A DNA stretch of 64,000 nucleotides from Cyanobacteria bacterium P01_A01_bin.123 (GTDB lineage Bacteria; Cyanobacteriota; Cyanobacteriia; Phormidesmidales; Phormidesmidaceae): assembly GCA_039815185.1 (NCBI GenBank), contig JBCBZT010000004.1, positions 128,001 through 192,000 on the forward strand, read 5' to 3'. Positions within the stretch are counted from its first letter, which is position 1, and each line of letters starts with the position of its first letter. The notes under the pieces are model-generated. The model searched no databases, had not been told where the DNA came from, and saw nothing but the letters and a program-made list of their open reading frames with translations. Positions 31,143-41,400 of the stretch are shown here, piece by piece. The position numbers and the translations under genes were made by a program.

Positions 31143-31787
31143 TCACTGCTGGGTGAACTGGGTCAGTAACCAAGCGCTAACCTTGCCATGATTGGTTTTG
31201 CGACTACGCTGAAACGCAGACCGTAAAATCGCCAAATCTAACCCTGGCAATACCAGAGACTGCTCAATTCTGCGACTGCCCTGATTCTCAACTGCAAACG
31301 CCAGTAGTTGGACATTATCCACATCAATAATCCAATATTCCTTGACCCCAAGCGACTCATAGAGCAAACGCTTTTCACCCTTGTCATCCGCCAAAGAAGA
31401 AACCGCCACCTCAATCACCAAATCTGGAGCCGGATAGCGATCTAAATCGATAATCGTGGCATCCCAGGGAATTACCTCTGCATTGTCCCCCAGATAAAAT
31501 GAAACATCAGGTTGAGCCTCAGAATGGCCCGTTTTGCGATACGTGCAGTTATCGTGGCTATCCAGATTGATTTCCTTTAACCCAGCAAATAAAAAGATCG
31601 CCCCAATAATTACCGCATGATCACGAGAATGAGGGTTACCGAGCGGTGACATCTCTAACCTCATGCGCCCATCGTGATAGTAGCCCTTAGCGCCTTGATG
31701 CTCTGACTGCTCAAGCACTTCCAGGTAGCCCTGCCAGGCAACGTTAACCCAAGTATCGGTTGGAATTTGAGTGGAGAGCTGACTCAT
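31143..31787 (-). CDS. Uma2 family endonuclease-like protein
   Basis: MRLEMSP, AQPDVSFY, PDLVIEVA, DDKGEKRLLYE, EYWIID. Confidence 0.92.
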   Translation of the reverse strand: MSQLSTQIPTDTWVNVAWQGYLEVLEQSEHQGAKGYYHDGRMRLEMSPLGNPHSRDHAVIIGAIFLFAGLKEINLDSHDNCTYRKTGHSEAQPDVSFYLGDNAEVIPWDATIIDLDRYPAPDLVIEVAVSSLADDKGEKRLLYESLGVKEYWIIDVDNVQLLAFAVENQGSRRIEQSLVLPGLDLAILRSAFQRSRKTNHGKVSAWLLTQFTQQ

Positions 31788-31841
31788 AGCTGTAGGCCAA
31801 TAATAACTGTGGGCCAGATGAGACATTGACGTAAGCCTATC

Positions 31842-32243
31842 TTAGCGCTGGAGAGAGTGTTTCTGATTAGATTGACAGGGGCCACAGCATAACCCAATAC
31901 CCCAACCCAGCAAAGGATAAATGGCCCAGGTGATTGCTCCGGCAGTTGCCAGGTTGATCACGATGAGCAGTGTGTTGACCCCAGCATAGGTAATCACCTC
32001 TGAGCGAAATCGACGGCGGCGATCGCGTTTTGCCACCGCTTCAACCTGCTGTTGCTCAGATTCAAGCTGCCAGTCTTGAGTCGCTTGTTGCAAAACCTGA
32101 TCAGAGACGCCCAGTTCAGACGCCATCTCCAACAATTGCGCATCGGTAAACTGGCTACGGTCGCGATAGGTCATTGCTTTTTGCAAAATCTGCTGAACCG
32201 CTTCAGTGGAGTAGGTAGGGCGAGTCTGTGGACTAGGGGACAT
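31842..32243 (-). CDS. 2TM domain protein
   Basis: YSTEAVQQIL, LLEMASELG, YAGVNTLL..INL, WAIYPLLGWG. Confidence 0.85.
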   Translation of the reverse strand: MSPSPQTRPTYSTEAVQQILQKAMTYRDRSQFTDAQLLEMASELGVSDQVLQQATQDWQLESEQQQVEAVAKRDRRRRFRSEVITYAGVNTLLIVINLATAGAITWAIYPLLGWGIGLCCGPCQSNQKHSLQR

Positions 32244-32303
32244 TTCAGAAACCTCCAATCAAAATCACATGGGATAGTGGGGTAAGTCTGCTCATTACGC
32301 ATC

Positions 32304-32342
32304 TATTTGCATATTATATTCAAAATAGTGGATATGCAAATA
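32304..32342. promoter_or_regulatory. 11-bp inverted repeat (putative operator) upstream of the 2TM gene
   Basis: TATTTGCATAT-N17-ATATGCAAATA. Confidence 0.45.
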
Positions 32343-32439
32343 ATTGAATTTTTATCGAACATTTTGCCAAGTGATCACTACCGTTTCACGTTTTGCCCGC
32401 GACAAATGGCTGGTCTTTAGGGCTCTTGTTGCAAAACGT

Positions 32440-32474
32440 CTGCAATCCAAAATCCAAAATCGCAAATCCAAAAT
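32440..32474 (+). repeat. Cyanobacterial heptamer tandem repeat (AAATCCA type)
   Basis: CTGCAATCCAAAATCCAAAATCGCAAATCCAAAAT; related copy at 53149-53183. Confidence 0.75.
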
Positions 32475-32609
32475 AGGCAGCATGGAACACCCTCATAGAA
32501 ATCCAGTTTCTGTGAGGAGCAGTCCTTTTGTTGGGTAAGTTGTCGAGAAGCCCAGTTTCTGGCAATCCTGGTTTAGGATGGGAGCATGATTTTGGCCCAA
32601 GGAGCCGTC

Positions 32610-33041
32610 ATGCAAAACCCCCTACAGCGGTTGAAATATTTGCCCTGGTTGTTGCTGCTACAAGTGGCAGCGCTGACTACCGCGATCGCCGGGGCAACTG
32701 ACATTCTGTTAACGGTTGGGTTGCTGCAACTAGAACAGATAGGCGTAATCTCTACAGGGGTATTTCAGTCGCCCCTCATCGGCCTCATTTTGAGTTTGTT
32801 GATGTTTGGGGTGGCCATGGGGGTCGGAGCGTTGGGGGTTTTGCTAATGCAGCGGTTTTTCACCCAGATTTATATCAACACTGGCGTGCTGTGGGCGCTA
32901 GTGCCTTGCTTGGGATTAACCCTATTCCTATTTGCCCAGATGCGCTTGCCCCAACTGCTGGTGGGTATTAGTTATCCCCAGTTACTAGGCATTGTGTTGG
33001 GCGTATTTTTGTGCGGCAGGCGTTATTGGCGAGCATTCTAA
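32610..33041 (+). CDS. Conserved cyanobacterial membrane protein
   Basis: NPLQRLKYLPW..LLQVA, 4 TM, ends GRRYWRAF. Confidence 0.8.
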   Translation: MQNPLQRLKYLPWLLLLQVAALTTAIAGATDILLTVGLLQLEQIGVISTGVFQSPLIGLILSLLMFGVAMGVGALGVLLMQRFFTQIYINTGVLWALVPCLGLTLFLFAQMRLPQLLVGISYPQLLGIVLGVFLCGRRYWRAF

Positions 33042-33592
33042 TCGTCATTGCGATCGGGATGGCGCTGGTTGAGTGCTTGCCATTCTTCCACCACAAAGGG
33101 GGCTGCGACCAGTTCTGCAATGCCGCCAGTTTGGAGAGGCACCGCAATTTGCAACGGAATTGGCTGCTGGATCTGGTCAAGCACAGGTTGCATGGCATAT
33201 TGCCCGACATTGGGTGGCAGCTGAAGCACTGATCCATCTAAGGCAAAAGGCGCTTGCCAGGATAGGGCTGTGCCCGTGTCGATGGTCAGAGGACGAGTGG
33301 CGTCAACGGCAACCGCACCTGGAAACCCAACCAGTCGTAAATAGAGTCCATCGGGTTGATCGACCCGGTAGCGTTTGAACAGGACAGCTTGCCAAGCGCG
33401 ATCGCGTCGATCGCGCAAACTCTGCTGTGACCGAAACGTTACCTGCCCGGGTTGTTCGCGGTAGGTATGAATAGATGCGATCGCGGGTCGAACCTGACTC
33501 AACCCTGCGATCGCCAGCATCACCGTGGCGATGAGTAGGACTAAGGCGCGCGATCGCCAGCCTACAGTTTTACTGCCCCACGGCTTATTCAT
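33038..33592 (-). CDS. DUF3122 family secreted protein
   Basis: SQQSLRD..DRAWQAVLFKR, LRLVGFPG, NVGQY. Confidence 0.85.
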   Translation of the reverse strand: MNKPWGSKTVGWRSRALVLLIATVMLAIAGLSQVRPAIASIHTYREQPGQVTFRSQQSLRDRRDRAWQAVLFKRYRVDQPDGLYLRLVGFPGAVAVDATRPLTIDTGTALSWQAPFALDGSVLQLPPNVGQYAMQPVLDQIQQPIPLQIAVPLQTGGIAELVAAPFVVEEWQALNQRHPDRNDD

Positions 33593-33611
33593 CCCTAGAG
33601 GCTGCGCATGC

Positions 33612-35057
33612 CTAGAGGCTGCGCATGGTTTCAATGACAACCCGATAGCCTTCAGCATCTCCTTCTTGTAAAAATAACTCAGAGGCTCGCTGCAAGTCGC
33701 TCGTTGCACCCTGACGATTACCCAGCTGGATCAGGCTATAAGCCCGGCCATAATAAACATTGGCTTCTTCCACTTCGCTGCGGATCAAGAACGTGTAATC
33801 GTCGTATGCCCGTTGATAATTGTTCAAAGCAACGTACATTTGGGCCCGAGACTTGTAGGCTTCCAGATAGTCGGGGCGGATGTTAATCGCTTGAGTAAAG
33901 TCAACCAGGGCGCTTTGTGGATCATCTGCAAGCGCATAGGCCTCCCCTCTAGACTTATAGGCTTCAGCATAGTCAGGGTCAAGGGCAATGGCTTCGCTAT
34001 AGTCTCGGATGGCACCCAAGTCATCTTCGAGGGCAAGGCGAGCATCGGCCCGTTTCTTATAGACCTCTGCACTCTCGGGTTCGAGGGCTAATGCACTATC
34101 AAAGTCGTCTAGGGCAGCTTGCACATTCCCGCGGGCAGCATAGATACTGCCGCGATTGACGTAGGCCTGTACGTTATTCGGATCAAGATCTAGGGTGCGA
34201 TCCAAATCTGCGATCGCCAGATTGCCACGGTTCCACAGGGCATACACATGGCTGCGATTGAAATAGGCTTCAGGGTCATCCGCATTGAACTGAATGGCGG
34301 TATCAAAATCCTCTAGGGCAGCTTCGTAGTCTCCCAGTTTGTAGTACGCGACCCCACGGCCCACATGGGCTTCGGGATAACGCTGTCGTTGCTGTTGGCG
34401 GATATCGATCGCATTCGTAAAGTCTTCAATCGCAGACACATCGCTGTCCAGTTCGGCGTAGGCACTACCCCGGTGGAAGTAAGGCTCGGCAGCCTCAGGG
34501 CGGAGGCTAATCGCACTGTTAAAATCCTCAATGGCTGCCTGGTAATTGGCTCTGTCGGCATCCACATAGCCACGATAGAGGTAAGCATTATAGTAGCTTG
34601 GGTCGAGCTGTAAGCTTTGGTTAAAGTCCGCTAACGCTAAGTCAGGTTGGTCAGTGTTGTAGTAGATGTAGCCCCGCAAAAAGTATGCGGGTGCCAACCC
34701 TGAGTTGAGTGATAAGGAACGATTGACGTTGGTAAGGGCGGTCTCCCAATTTTCCATCAGGGCATAGCAAGCCCCTCGATAGCCGTAGGCTTCTGCATAG
34801 GTCGGCTGAATCTGCAGTGCTTGAGTTAGCACGGCAATGCAGTCTTCATAGCGGCCGGCGTTAAAGTGATCCACCCCCTGGTTATATAGATCAATGGGGT
34901 TAGCCTGGGGTAAAGGTTCAGATACGGGGCTGCCTTCCTCTATAGGGCTACCTTCTTCCTCAGTGGGGGCCTCTGTCTGCGCGAAAGCTGCTATGGGAGC
35001 ACCTCCCAACAAGGCAGCTAGGCTAAACACGGTAACGGTTTTATGGATGTATTTCAT
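33612..35057 (-). CDS. Secreted TPR repeat protein
   Basis: Signal peptide (AAFA), more than 10 TPR units. Confidence 0.92.
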   Translation of the reverse strand: MKYIHKTVTVFSLAALLGGAPIAAFAQTEAPTEEEGSPIEEGSPVSEPLPQANPIDLYNQGVDHFNAGRYEDCIAVLTQALQIQPTYAEAYGYRGACYALMENWETALTNVNRSLSLNSGLAPAYFLRGYIYYNTDQPDLALADFNQSLQLDPSYYNAYLYRGYVDADRANYQAAIEDFNSAISLRPEAAEPYFHRGSAYAELDSDVSAIEDFTNAIDIRQQQRQRYPEAHVGRGVAYYKLGDYEAALEDFDTAIQFNADDPEAYFNRSHVYALWNRGNLAIADLDRTLDLDPNNVQAYVNRGSIYAARGNVQAALDDFDSALALEPESAEVYKKRADARLALEDDLGAIRDYSEAIALDPDYAEAYKSRGEAYALADDPQSALVDFTQAINIRPDYLEAYKSRAQMYVALNNYQRAYDDYTFLIRSEVEEANVYYGRAYSLIQLGNRQGATSDLQRASELFLQEGDAEGYRVVIETMRSL

Positions 35058-35360
35058 AGCCGGACCCAGCGGTGATGGAACAATAAATTAGGGCGATCGC
35101 GAAAGTTAAGCCACGGTCTACGCTAAGGCTGAGCTTTTGCCTTATAAACGCTATCGGGCTATTGATATGGTGTAGAACAACCTGCTCTGGCGCTTAATGA
35201 TAGGCCAGCTTCGGTGAACCGACGCAGGAATCCCAGTCAAAATCAATACAAATTCTTAAATTGCCCCGGATTTTCTTTAAGGTTACCCAGACAACGGTTT
35301 GAACTTAACAGGCTTATTCTTGTCTTTAGCTGAGATGTTCCAATCTCTGCAGAGCTAACT

Positions 35361-36224
35361 TCAACGAATGCCCGTGAGGCGATCGCTTTTGGGTAGTTCC
35401 CCTTCAGTCTGGCCTGCTTCGGCGCTCTCCTCAACGATGCCTAGCGTCTCTGCTGTGGTTCCTGTTTTTAAGAGTTCTGTTGTTTTTACCGTGTCTATGC
35501 CCTCGGCAGTTTCTGCTGTCTTTACCGTGTCTATACTCTCTGTAGTAGCTGTATTTTTGCGCTTAGAAAATCCCCAGGTAAACAGCAGCGCAATCAGGCT
35601 TACCATGGCCCACTCGGGCGGCACCCAGTCTTCATTGATCACGCGCACCAGCAGCCGTAACCCCACCAGCCCCACGGTGATAAATCCGGCATCTTCGAGG
35701 TAGACATATTCTTCCAGCCAGCGGATGAATAACCCTGCCATAAATCGCAGGGTAATCACGCCAATCATGCCCCCTAGCATTACCAGCCAAATGTCACGAG
35801 ATAGGGCGATCGCAGTGGTAACACTATCCAGGGAAAAGGCCAGATCGGTCAGGGCAATTAAGGGAATAGCCTGCCACACCGATTTAAATCGGGGACCATG
35901 GTGGCTGTCATCGCCCTCATTTTTAGAGGTGAAATATTGAAACACTAGCCACAACAGATAAGCCGCTCCGAGCACTTCAAATTGCCAAAATTGCAGCACC
36001 CACCCTGCGGTCAAAATCAGCCCCATCCGCAACACAAAAGCCAACACTAAACCAATGTTGAGGGCACGGCCTTCGAGTTCTTTAGACTCTAAACCTTGGG
36101 CGATCGCAGCTAGCGCAATCGCATTGTCAGCCGAGAGGATTGCTTCTAGGGCAATCAGCACTGACAGCAGTAACAGGGTATCGAGCCCGAGGGTGGGCGA
36201 AAATTCAAGCAAACGATCCAGCAT
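35361..36224 (-). CDS. TerC family membrane protein
   Basis: LEAILSADNA, DLAFSLDSV, LEDAG. Confidence 0.92.
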   Translation of the reverse strand: MLDRLLEFSPTLGLDTLLLLSVLIALEAILSADNAIALAAIAQGLESKELEGRALNIGLVLAFVLRMGLILTAGWVLQFWQFEVLGAAYLLWLVFQYFTSKNEGDDSHHGPRFKSVWQAIPLIALTDLAFSLDSVTTAIALSRDIWLVMLGGMIGVITLRFMAGLFIRWLEEYVYLEDAGFITVGLVGLRLLVRVINEDWVPPEWAMVSLIALLFTWGFSKRKNTATTESIDTVKTAETAEGIDTVKTTELLKTGTTAETLGIVEESAEAGQTEGELPKSDRLTGIR

Positions 36225-36377
36225 TAAAAGCCTGTTATCCTGAGTTTTGGTTTACACCAAATTGATCATGCCGCAATGTCATGACACGGGGGTGTCTTTA
36301 CTAGAATAAAGCGAATTCTATAATCCCGTTACCGTCGATACCATTATCACTGTTGGAGTTTCACTACTAGGGGCGCT

Positions 36378-37079
36378 GTGGTTCATTCTTTGTTTAGGCA
36401 ATTCCGCGATCGCTACCCATCGGGTAGCCTCTGCGCCAATTTGCTGACTATTCAAGATGGTGTATATGTTGTACGGGCTGTGGTCACCGTTGAAACTATT
36501 GCCTTGGCCAGCGGTATGGCCGCCGCCGCCAACCTTGAGCAGGCCGAAGATCAAGCCTACCACCGTGCCCTCAGCGCTTTAGGGTTATGGGATGCAGACA
36601 ATCGACAGTTAGAGGTAGCGGCGGCACAATCTCCGGATGCACCTGTGGTGCAATCAATTCAATCCACTGCGTTATCCCCAGCAGTGAGTCCAGATTCAAC
36701 AGAAACAGCGATACAACCGATGTCCCAAACAGTTCCTGTTGCATCACCAGAACACAAGCAGGTCCCATTAGCTCCAACACCTCTAGACTCATTCCCTGCG
36801 GAACTGCCAAACCCAGAACTGCTGGATCCGGCAATTAAGGCAGCTGCAATCGCCCAACTGCCCGATATGAGTGGTGGCCCGGTTGACTTATCAGACATCA
36901 TGGCTCAAACCGATGTGGAACTGCGGCGGCTGGGTTGGGACGTAGTGCAAGGGCGGGACTATCTAGAGAAGACCTACGGCAAGCGATCGCGCCACGAACT
37001 CACCGATGAAGAACTTTTGTCCTTCTTGCTTTATCTAGAAACCTTAAGCGATTCCACTGAATCTCAATTGCATCGTTGA
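36378..37079 (+). CDS. Conserved cyanobacterial hypothetical protein (possible Rad52/Sak-like N-domain)
   Basis: FRDRYPSGSL...ASGMAA..LEQAEDQAYHRALSALGL; C-terminal YGKRSR..LTDEELL. Confidence 0.75.
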   Translation: MVHSLFRQFRDRYPSGSLCANLLTIQDGVYVVRAVVTVETIALASGMAAAANLEQAEDQAYHRALSALGLWDADNRQLEVAAAQSPDAPVVQSIQSTALSPAVSPDSTETAIQPMSQTVPVASPEHKQVPLAPTPLDSFPAELPNPELLDPAIKAAAIAQLPDMSGGPVDLSDIMAQTDVELRRLGWDVVQGRDYLEKTYGKRSRHELTDEELLSFLLYLETLSDSTESQLHR

Positions 37080-37160
37080 AAACCTTATACAACACAATCA
37101 GCGGTGTATCGGACAGCGCAATTGGTAGAGACACCATGAGCCTTGAAAAGTTAGAAGAAG

Positions 37161-37191
37161 GTCTCACTTTTCAACTCAGGAAAAGTGAGAC
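37161..37191. terminator. Perfect 12-bp inverted repeat between convergent genes
   Basis: GTCTCACTTTTC-aactcag-GAAAAGTGAGAC. Confidence 0.6.
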
Positions 37192-37301
37192 ACGGTGATA
37201 ACGATCTTGAGATATTTCTGCAAGCTAACTAGACCGCGAGACTGTATGGATATCCGTGATGGCTTAGGTCCATTGAGCTTGGTGGCATGAGCATTTGGGG
37301 C

Positions 37302-37718
37302 TCAATTGGTTGAAATAATACGGACTAGCCAGACAACTAAGAACATCAGTACCAGGTAAGCGATCATCGCAATCAGTAAATTGATGTCAAAAATGTTGGC
37401 GCTGCCGTTGAAGGTAGGGCTAATAAATAGCGTGGAAAACGGTCTAACAAAGGGTTCAGACAACCCATAAATCACCCCGGCAAATGTATTGGATGTATTA
37501 GCAGCGCTCAAACGCAGGATAAAGCGCAGCCCTAGCAGCAACTCTAGCGCTCCCACCAAAAAATAGATGCCTTGCTCAAACTTTCGCGCGATCGCATTTT
37601 GCTGCACTTGCCCAACCTGGCGTTCCACTTGACGCAGCCTTAAGCGCTCTGCCTCCAACTTTTGCTCGCGGTTGAGCCCGTCTTCATAGTCGCGATCATT
37701 TTGAGGGTGGTTGTTCAC
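37302..37718 (-). CDS. YggT family membrane protein
   Basis: LLGLRFILRL..AN, IYGLSEPFVRPF, LIAMIAY. Confidence 0.85.
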   Translation of the reverse strand: MNNHPQNDRDYEDGLNREQKLEAERLRLRQVERQVGQVQQNAIARKFEQGIYFLVGALELLLGLRFILRLSAANTSNTFAGVIYGLSEPFVRPFSTLFISPTFNGSANIFDINLLIAMIAYLVLMFLVVWLVRIISTN

Positions 37719-38192
37719 AGGGCCTCCGAGTGAATCCTGGCTTGGAACCTCAACCTCATCCAGTTTGAGAACTTAAGTTTTACCTAAGCAGAAACAATAG
37801 GTTTGGATACGGTCAAGGTTTGTACTCAAAATCCTATCAAACGGCATCCGCTTTCCGTCCGGACTGCCTGCGGGCTGCCCCCAACATCTATTCATGGGCA
37901 CCTGGAAATATTGGTAGGAAATCAATGTAGCCTAGGCTTCGGTTTAGCTGAGGCACAATGATTTAAAGTAGGATGCAGAGGCATCTGGTAATTACCCATA
38001 AGTTCATCGTCTACTATGCCGAAAGCCTCTTATCTCATAAGGGTTTAGCGCGTATCAATAAGGCATCTAAGGTGGAAAATGCCTGTAAAAAGCTAGCGTC
38101 AGTGCCTTCCTTATAAATAAAAATATTAATTTTTCATTAAGTTTTGATGCTGTAATTTATGCGCTTCCTGGTCTTTCACCTGAAATCCAATC

Positions 38193-38414
38193 ATGAGTCC
38201 TAACGTTTTACACCAACTCTGGAAGATCATCGATACGGCTGATCCGAGGGTTGTGGCGGTGATGGATGAGCCCAATTTAGTGGATTGGTTGCTCCAACAG
38301 TTGCGCCTTTATCCTGGGCCTGCGGATCCAGGTGATTCAGAAGTCACCCGTTACATTCAGTCTCGATTGCCCATGATTCAAGAGTTGGCCTACGAGCGTT
38401 TGAAGCAATGGTGA
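38193..38414 (+). CDS. Small conserved hypothetical protein
   Basis: LHQLWKII...LVDWLLQQL...YIQSRLPMIQELA. Confidence 0.7.
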   Translation: MSPNVLHQLWKIIDTADPRVVAVMDEPNLVDWLLQQLRLYPGPADPGDSEVTRYIQSRLPMIQELAYERLKQW

Positions 38415-38432
38415 CTTGATAAGCGATTTCCA

Positions 38433-41400
38433 TCAATTATCTTCGGTTCCGGGCGAACAAAGGACGCGATTGTCCTGTTGTTGTTGTACACCATAGCTCA
38501 GGTAGTCTTGTACCCAATCGCAGGCATAGGCCAGCAATCTTTCTTCATTCAGAGCGCGCTCAAGATTCCAAAGTAAGACTTTTCTGTCTTGCCCTGTTGA
38601 GGCTAGATAATCCCCATCAGGGCTGAATGCCACGTCGATGACACTCCCTTCATGGCCCCGCAGTGTGTCTAATAACTGCCCGTCTGACCGTTGCCAGATC
38701 CGAATGGTGTTGTCTTGGTTAGCGGTAGCTAAATATCGACTGTTGGGGCTGATGGCAATCGCATTGACGCCCACTGCGGCTTCTTGAGATTGTTGGCCGC
38801 CCACTTCCTGTTCAAACTGTTCCAGGGCTTGGCGTTCTAGGGTACTGTCCTCTGAGGAAAGATTCACTGACGTTTGCGATGCTGACCCATAGGTCAAGGG
38901 AGGCAATTGCCTTGTGCCATCAGGGTTCCAGACAATCGCACTACCATCCTCGCTGGCAGTGACAATCCAGGCTCCGTCGGGGCCAAAAGCGATGTCGTTA
39001 ACTTGGGCCTGATGGCCTGAAAACTCTTGTTCGACAATGCCGTCTAACGTCAGCAGTCGTGGGATGCTTTTATTGCCTAATACGGCAATCGTCTTGCCAT
39101 CAGGGTTAAAAACGATCTGATTGATCTGCTTTTCATAGCCTCGAAAATCTTCTACGAGTCTGCCATCAGACAGTCTCCAGATGCGCACGCTATTGTCCGT
39201 GCTAGCCGAGGCGATTAGGCGACCGTCTGGGCTAAAGGTAACGCTGGTGATGAGTTCGCTATGGGCTGAACTTGAGTTGGTGTCAGCAGGCAAAGTACGC
39301 AGCAGTCGACCATCCATAACTCGCCACAGCTTGATGGTTTTGTCTTCTCCAACGGTGGCAATTTGCCCCCCGTCTGGACTGAAGACAGCTTGCGACACTC
39401 GTCCGGTATGTCCTGTGAAGGTTTGCAATAATGCCCCATCCCTTTGCCGCCAAAGCTTAGCCGTACTGTCGTCACTGGCAGTTACCAATTTGGCACCGCT
39501 GGGACTAAAATCGACGCTGTTGACTGCGGCACCGTGGCCGTTGAGCGGATTGAGTAGGTCATTGCGAGGTCGCCACAGACGCACCGTGCCATCCTGACTG
39601 GCGGTGGCCAATTGTTGCCCTTGAGTACTAAACGCCACATCCCAAACGGGAGCATTATGACCACTAAACGTAGTCAAGACGGTGCCATCATTGGCCCATA
39701 ATTTAACGGTGGTGTCAGCACTGGTAGACACTAGGGTTTGTCCATCGGGGCTAAAGGCAACGCTGTGAATCGCGGCGGTATGACTCCTAAAGGTGTTCAG
39801 CAATCTACCATTGCGAACGCGCCATTGTTTGAGCGTGTTGTCGCTACTGCCTGAGATTAGGGTAATGCCATCGGGACTAAAGGCCACGGTTTCCACGGGG
39901 CCACTGTGGCCATCGGTGTCTTCTGTGCTGGTTAGGGTGTCCTCTAGGTTGCCATTGCGATCCCAAAGTTTCACAGTATTATCTTCCCCACCCGTGGCTA
40001 TGAGCCGATCATCGGGGCTAATGGCTAGGCCATAGATGGCGCCGGAGTGGGCTTGAATGCTTCTGATTTGAGTGCCATCCGATGACCGCCACAGCTGCAG
40101 TAGGCCATCGTCGCTGACCGTGGCAACCCAATTACCATCGGCACTGTAGAGCACTTCGTTCAGGGGAAGCACGGTATCACCTAGGACGGTATCTCGACGT
40201 TTTCTGTCTGGGTTTCCCCCCAGGTTCCAGAAATTGAGAATGCCGTCTTCGCTCACAGAGGCCAATTGCTGGCCATTGGGGCTAAAGGCCACATCTCTGA
40301 CAGGGGAGACATGGCCGGTCAACGTTGCTAGGGGTTTGCCGTTATCCTGCCATAGTCGAATGGTGCCGTCTTTGCTCGCAGTGGCTAATTGAGTGCCATC
40401 GGGGCTGTAGGCAACCCCAAAAACGGGGTCGGGGGTATTCCCTTCAGATAAGCGGTTGAATTCTACAACGCCAAATAGGGTGCGTTGGAGGGTACTAAGC
40501 ACCTGATTGCGCAGAGCGTTAGGTACTGTTGACGGTTGCCTTAAATGGGTCGATAGCTGTTCTAACTCTTCGAGGCGACGGTGGGCACGAATGGCTTCGA
40601 CTAGGGCATCAAGGGTTTGTTTGGAGGAAAATCGGGTGTCGGCGATCGCCGCGATCGCTTCTATTTCTCGCTCTGTGCTGCGTAACTGACTCGCTACAGC
40701 TTGACGATATTGCCGATGGGCAAACAGCCCTAATCCACAGGCAACTAACAACCCGACGCTAACGGCAGCCAGCAGAAATTGTTGACGTTTAGCACTTTTT
40801 TTCTCGGCGACCAGTTGGGCCTCAACGGCCAAAATCCGCTCAGCTTCAAGCAATCGTTCGCGAATTTTGCTTTCTAAATCCCGACTTGCAGCTAAAAACT
40901 GATAGTCCTCTTCACTGATATTGTGGTTATCAGCCCAGATTTGGGCTCGTTCCAGGGCACTATCGCGCAGTAGGTAAGCATTGTCTGGTTTGCCAGCGTT
41001 TATCCACTTATTCAACTCCCGGCCGTAGGGTCGCAGTTTGGCCAATTGCTCATCGACCCAATCCAGGTTGAAGACTGCTTGATAAATGCGGTTCCTGACC
41101 CGCAGTTGACCATAGCGTCTGGTCACTAAACCTGATAGTTGCAGACTGACCTGACCAGGCCAGGTGGCAATCACATTATCAGCCGGCAAACCTTCTTCAA
41201 GCAGCAAGCGTTTATAAAGACCCAAAATTTGCCCAGAATGCTGTTCGTTATGTAGTAGTAGGCGATCGCGAATAGTGCGCAAATGCTCTGGGATATCTTG
41301 AGCTTCCCAGTTGTTAATGACGTGTTTGCGCACGATGTTGTGGACATCTTGGGGCGACAGCGTGGTTCTTCGAGGTGATTGGGCCCGTGCGGTTTTGTAC

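Noticed and set aside
37842..37880. GC-rich hairpin ending GCGGGCTGCC, superficially like a cyclic-dinucleotide riboswitch or SRP RNA
   Set aside because: Lacks the GEMM GCAAA/GAAA elements and the SRP motif; an Infernal/Rfam search would be needed
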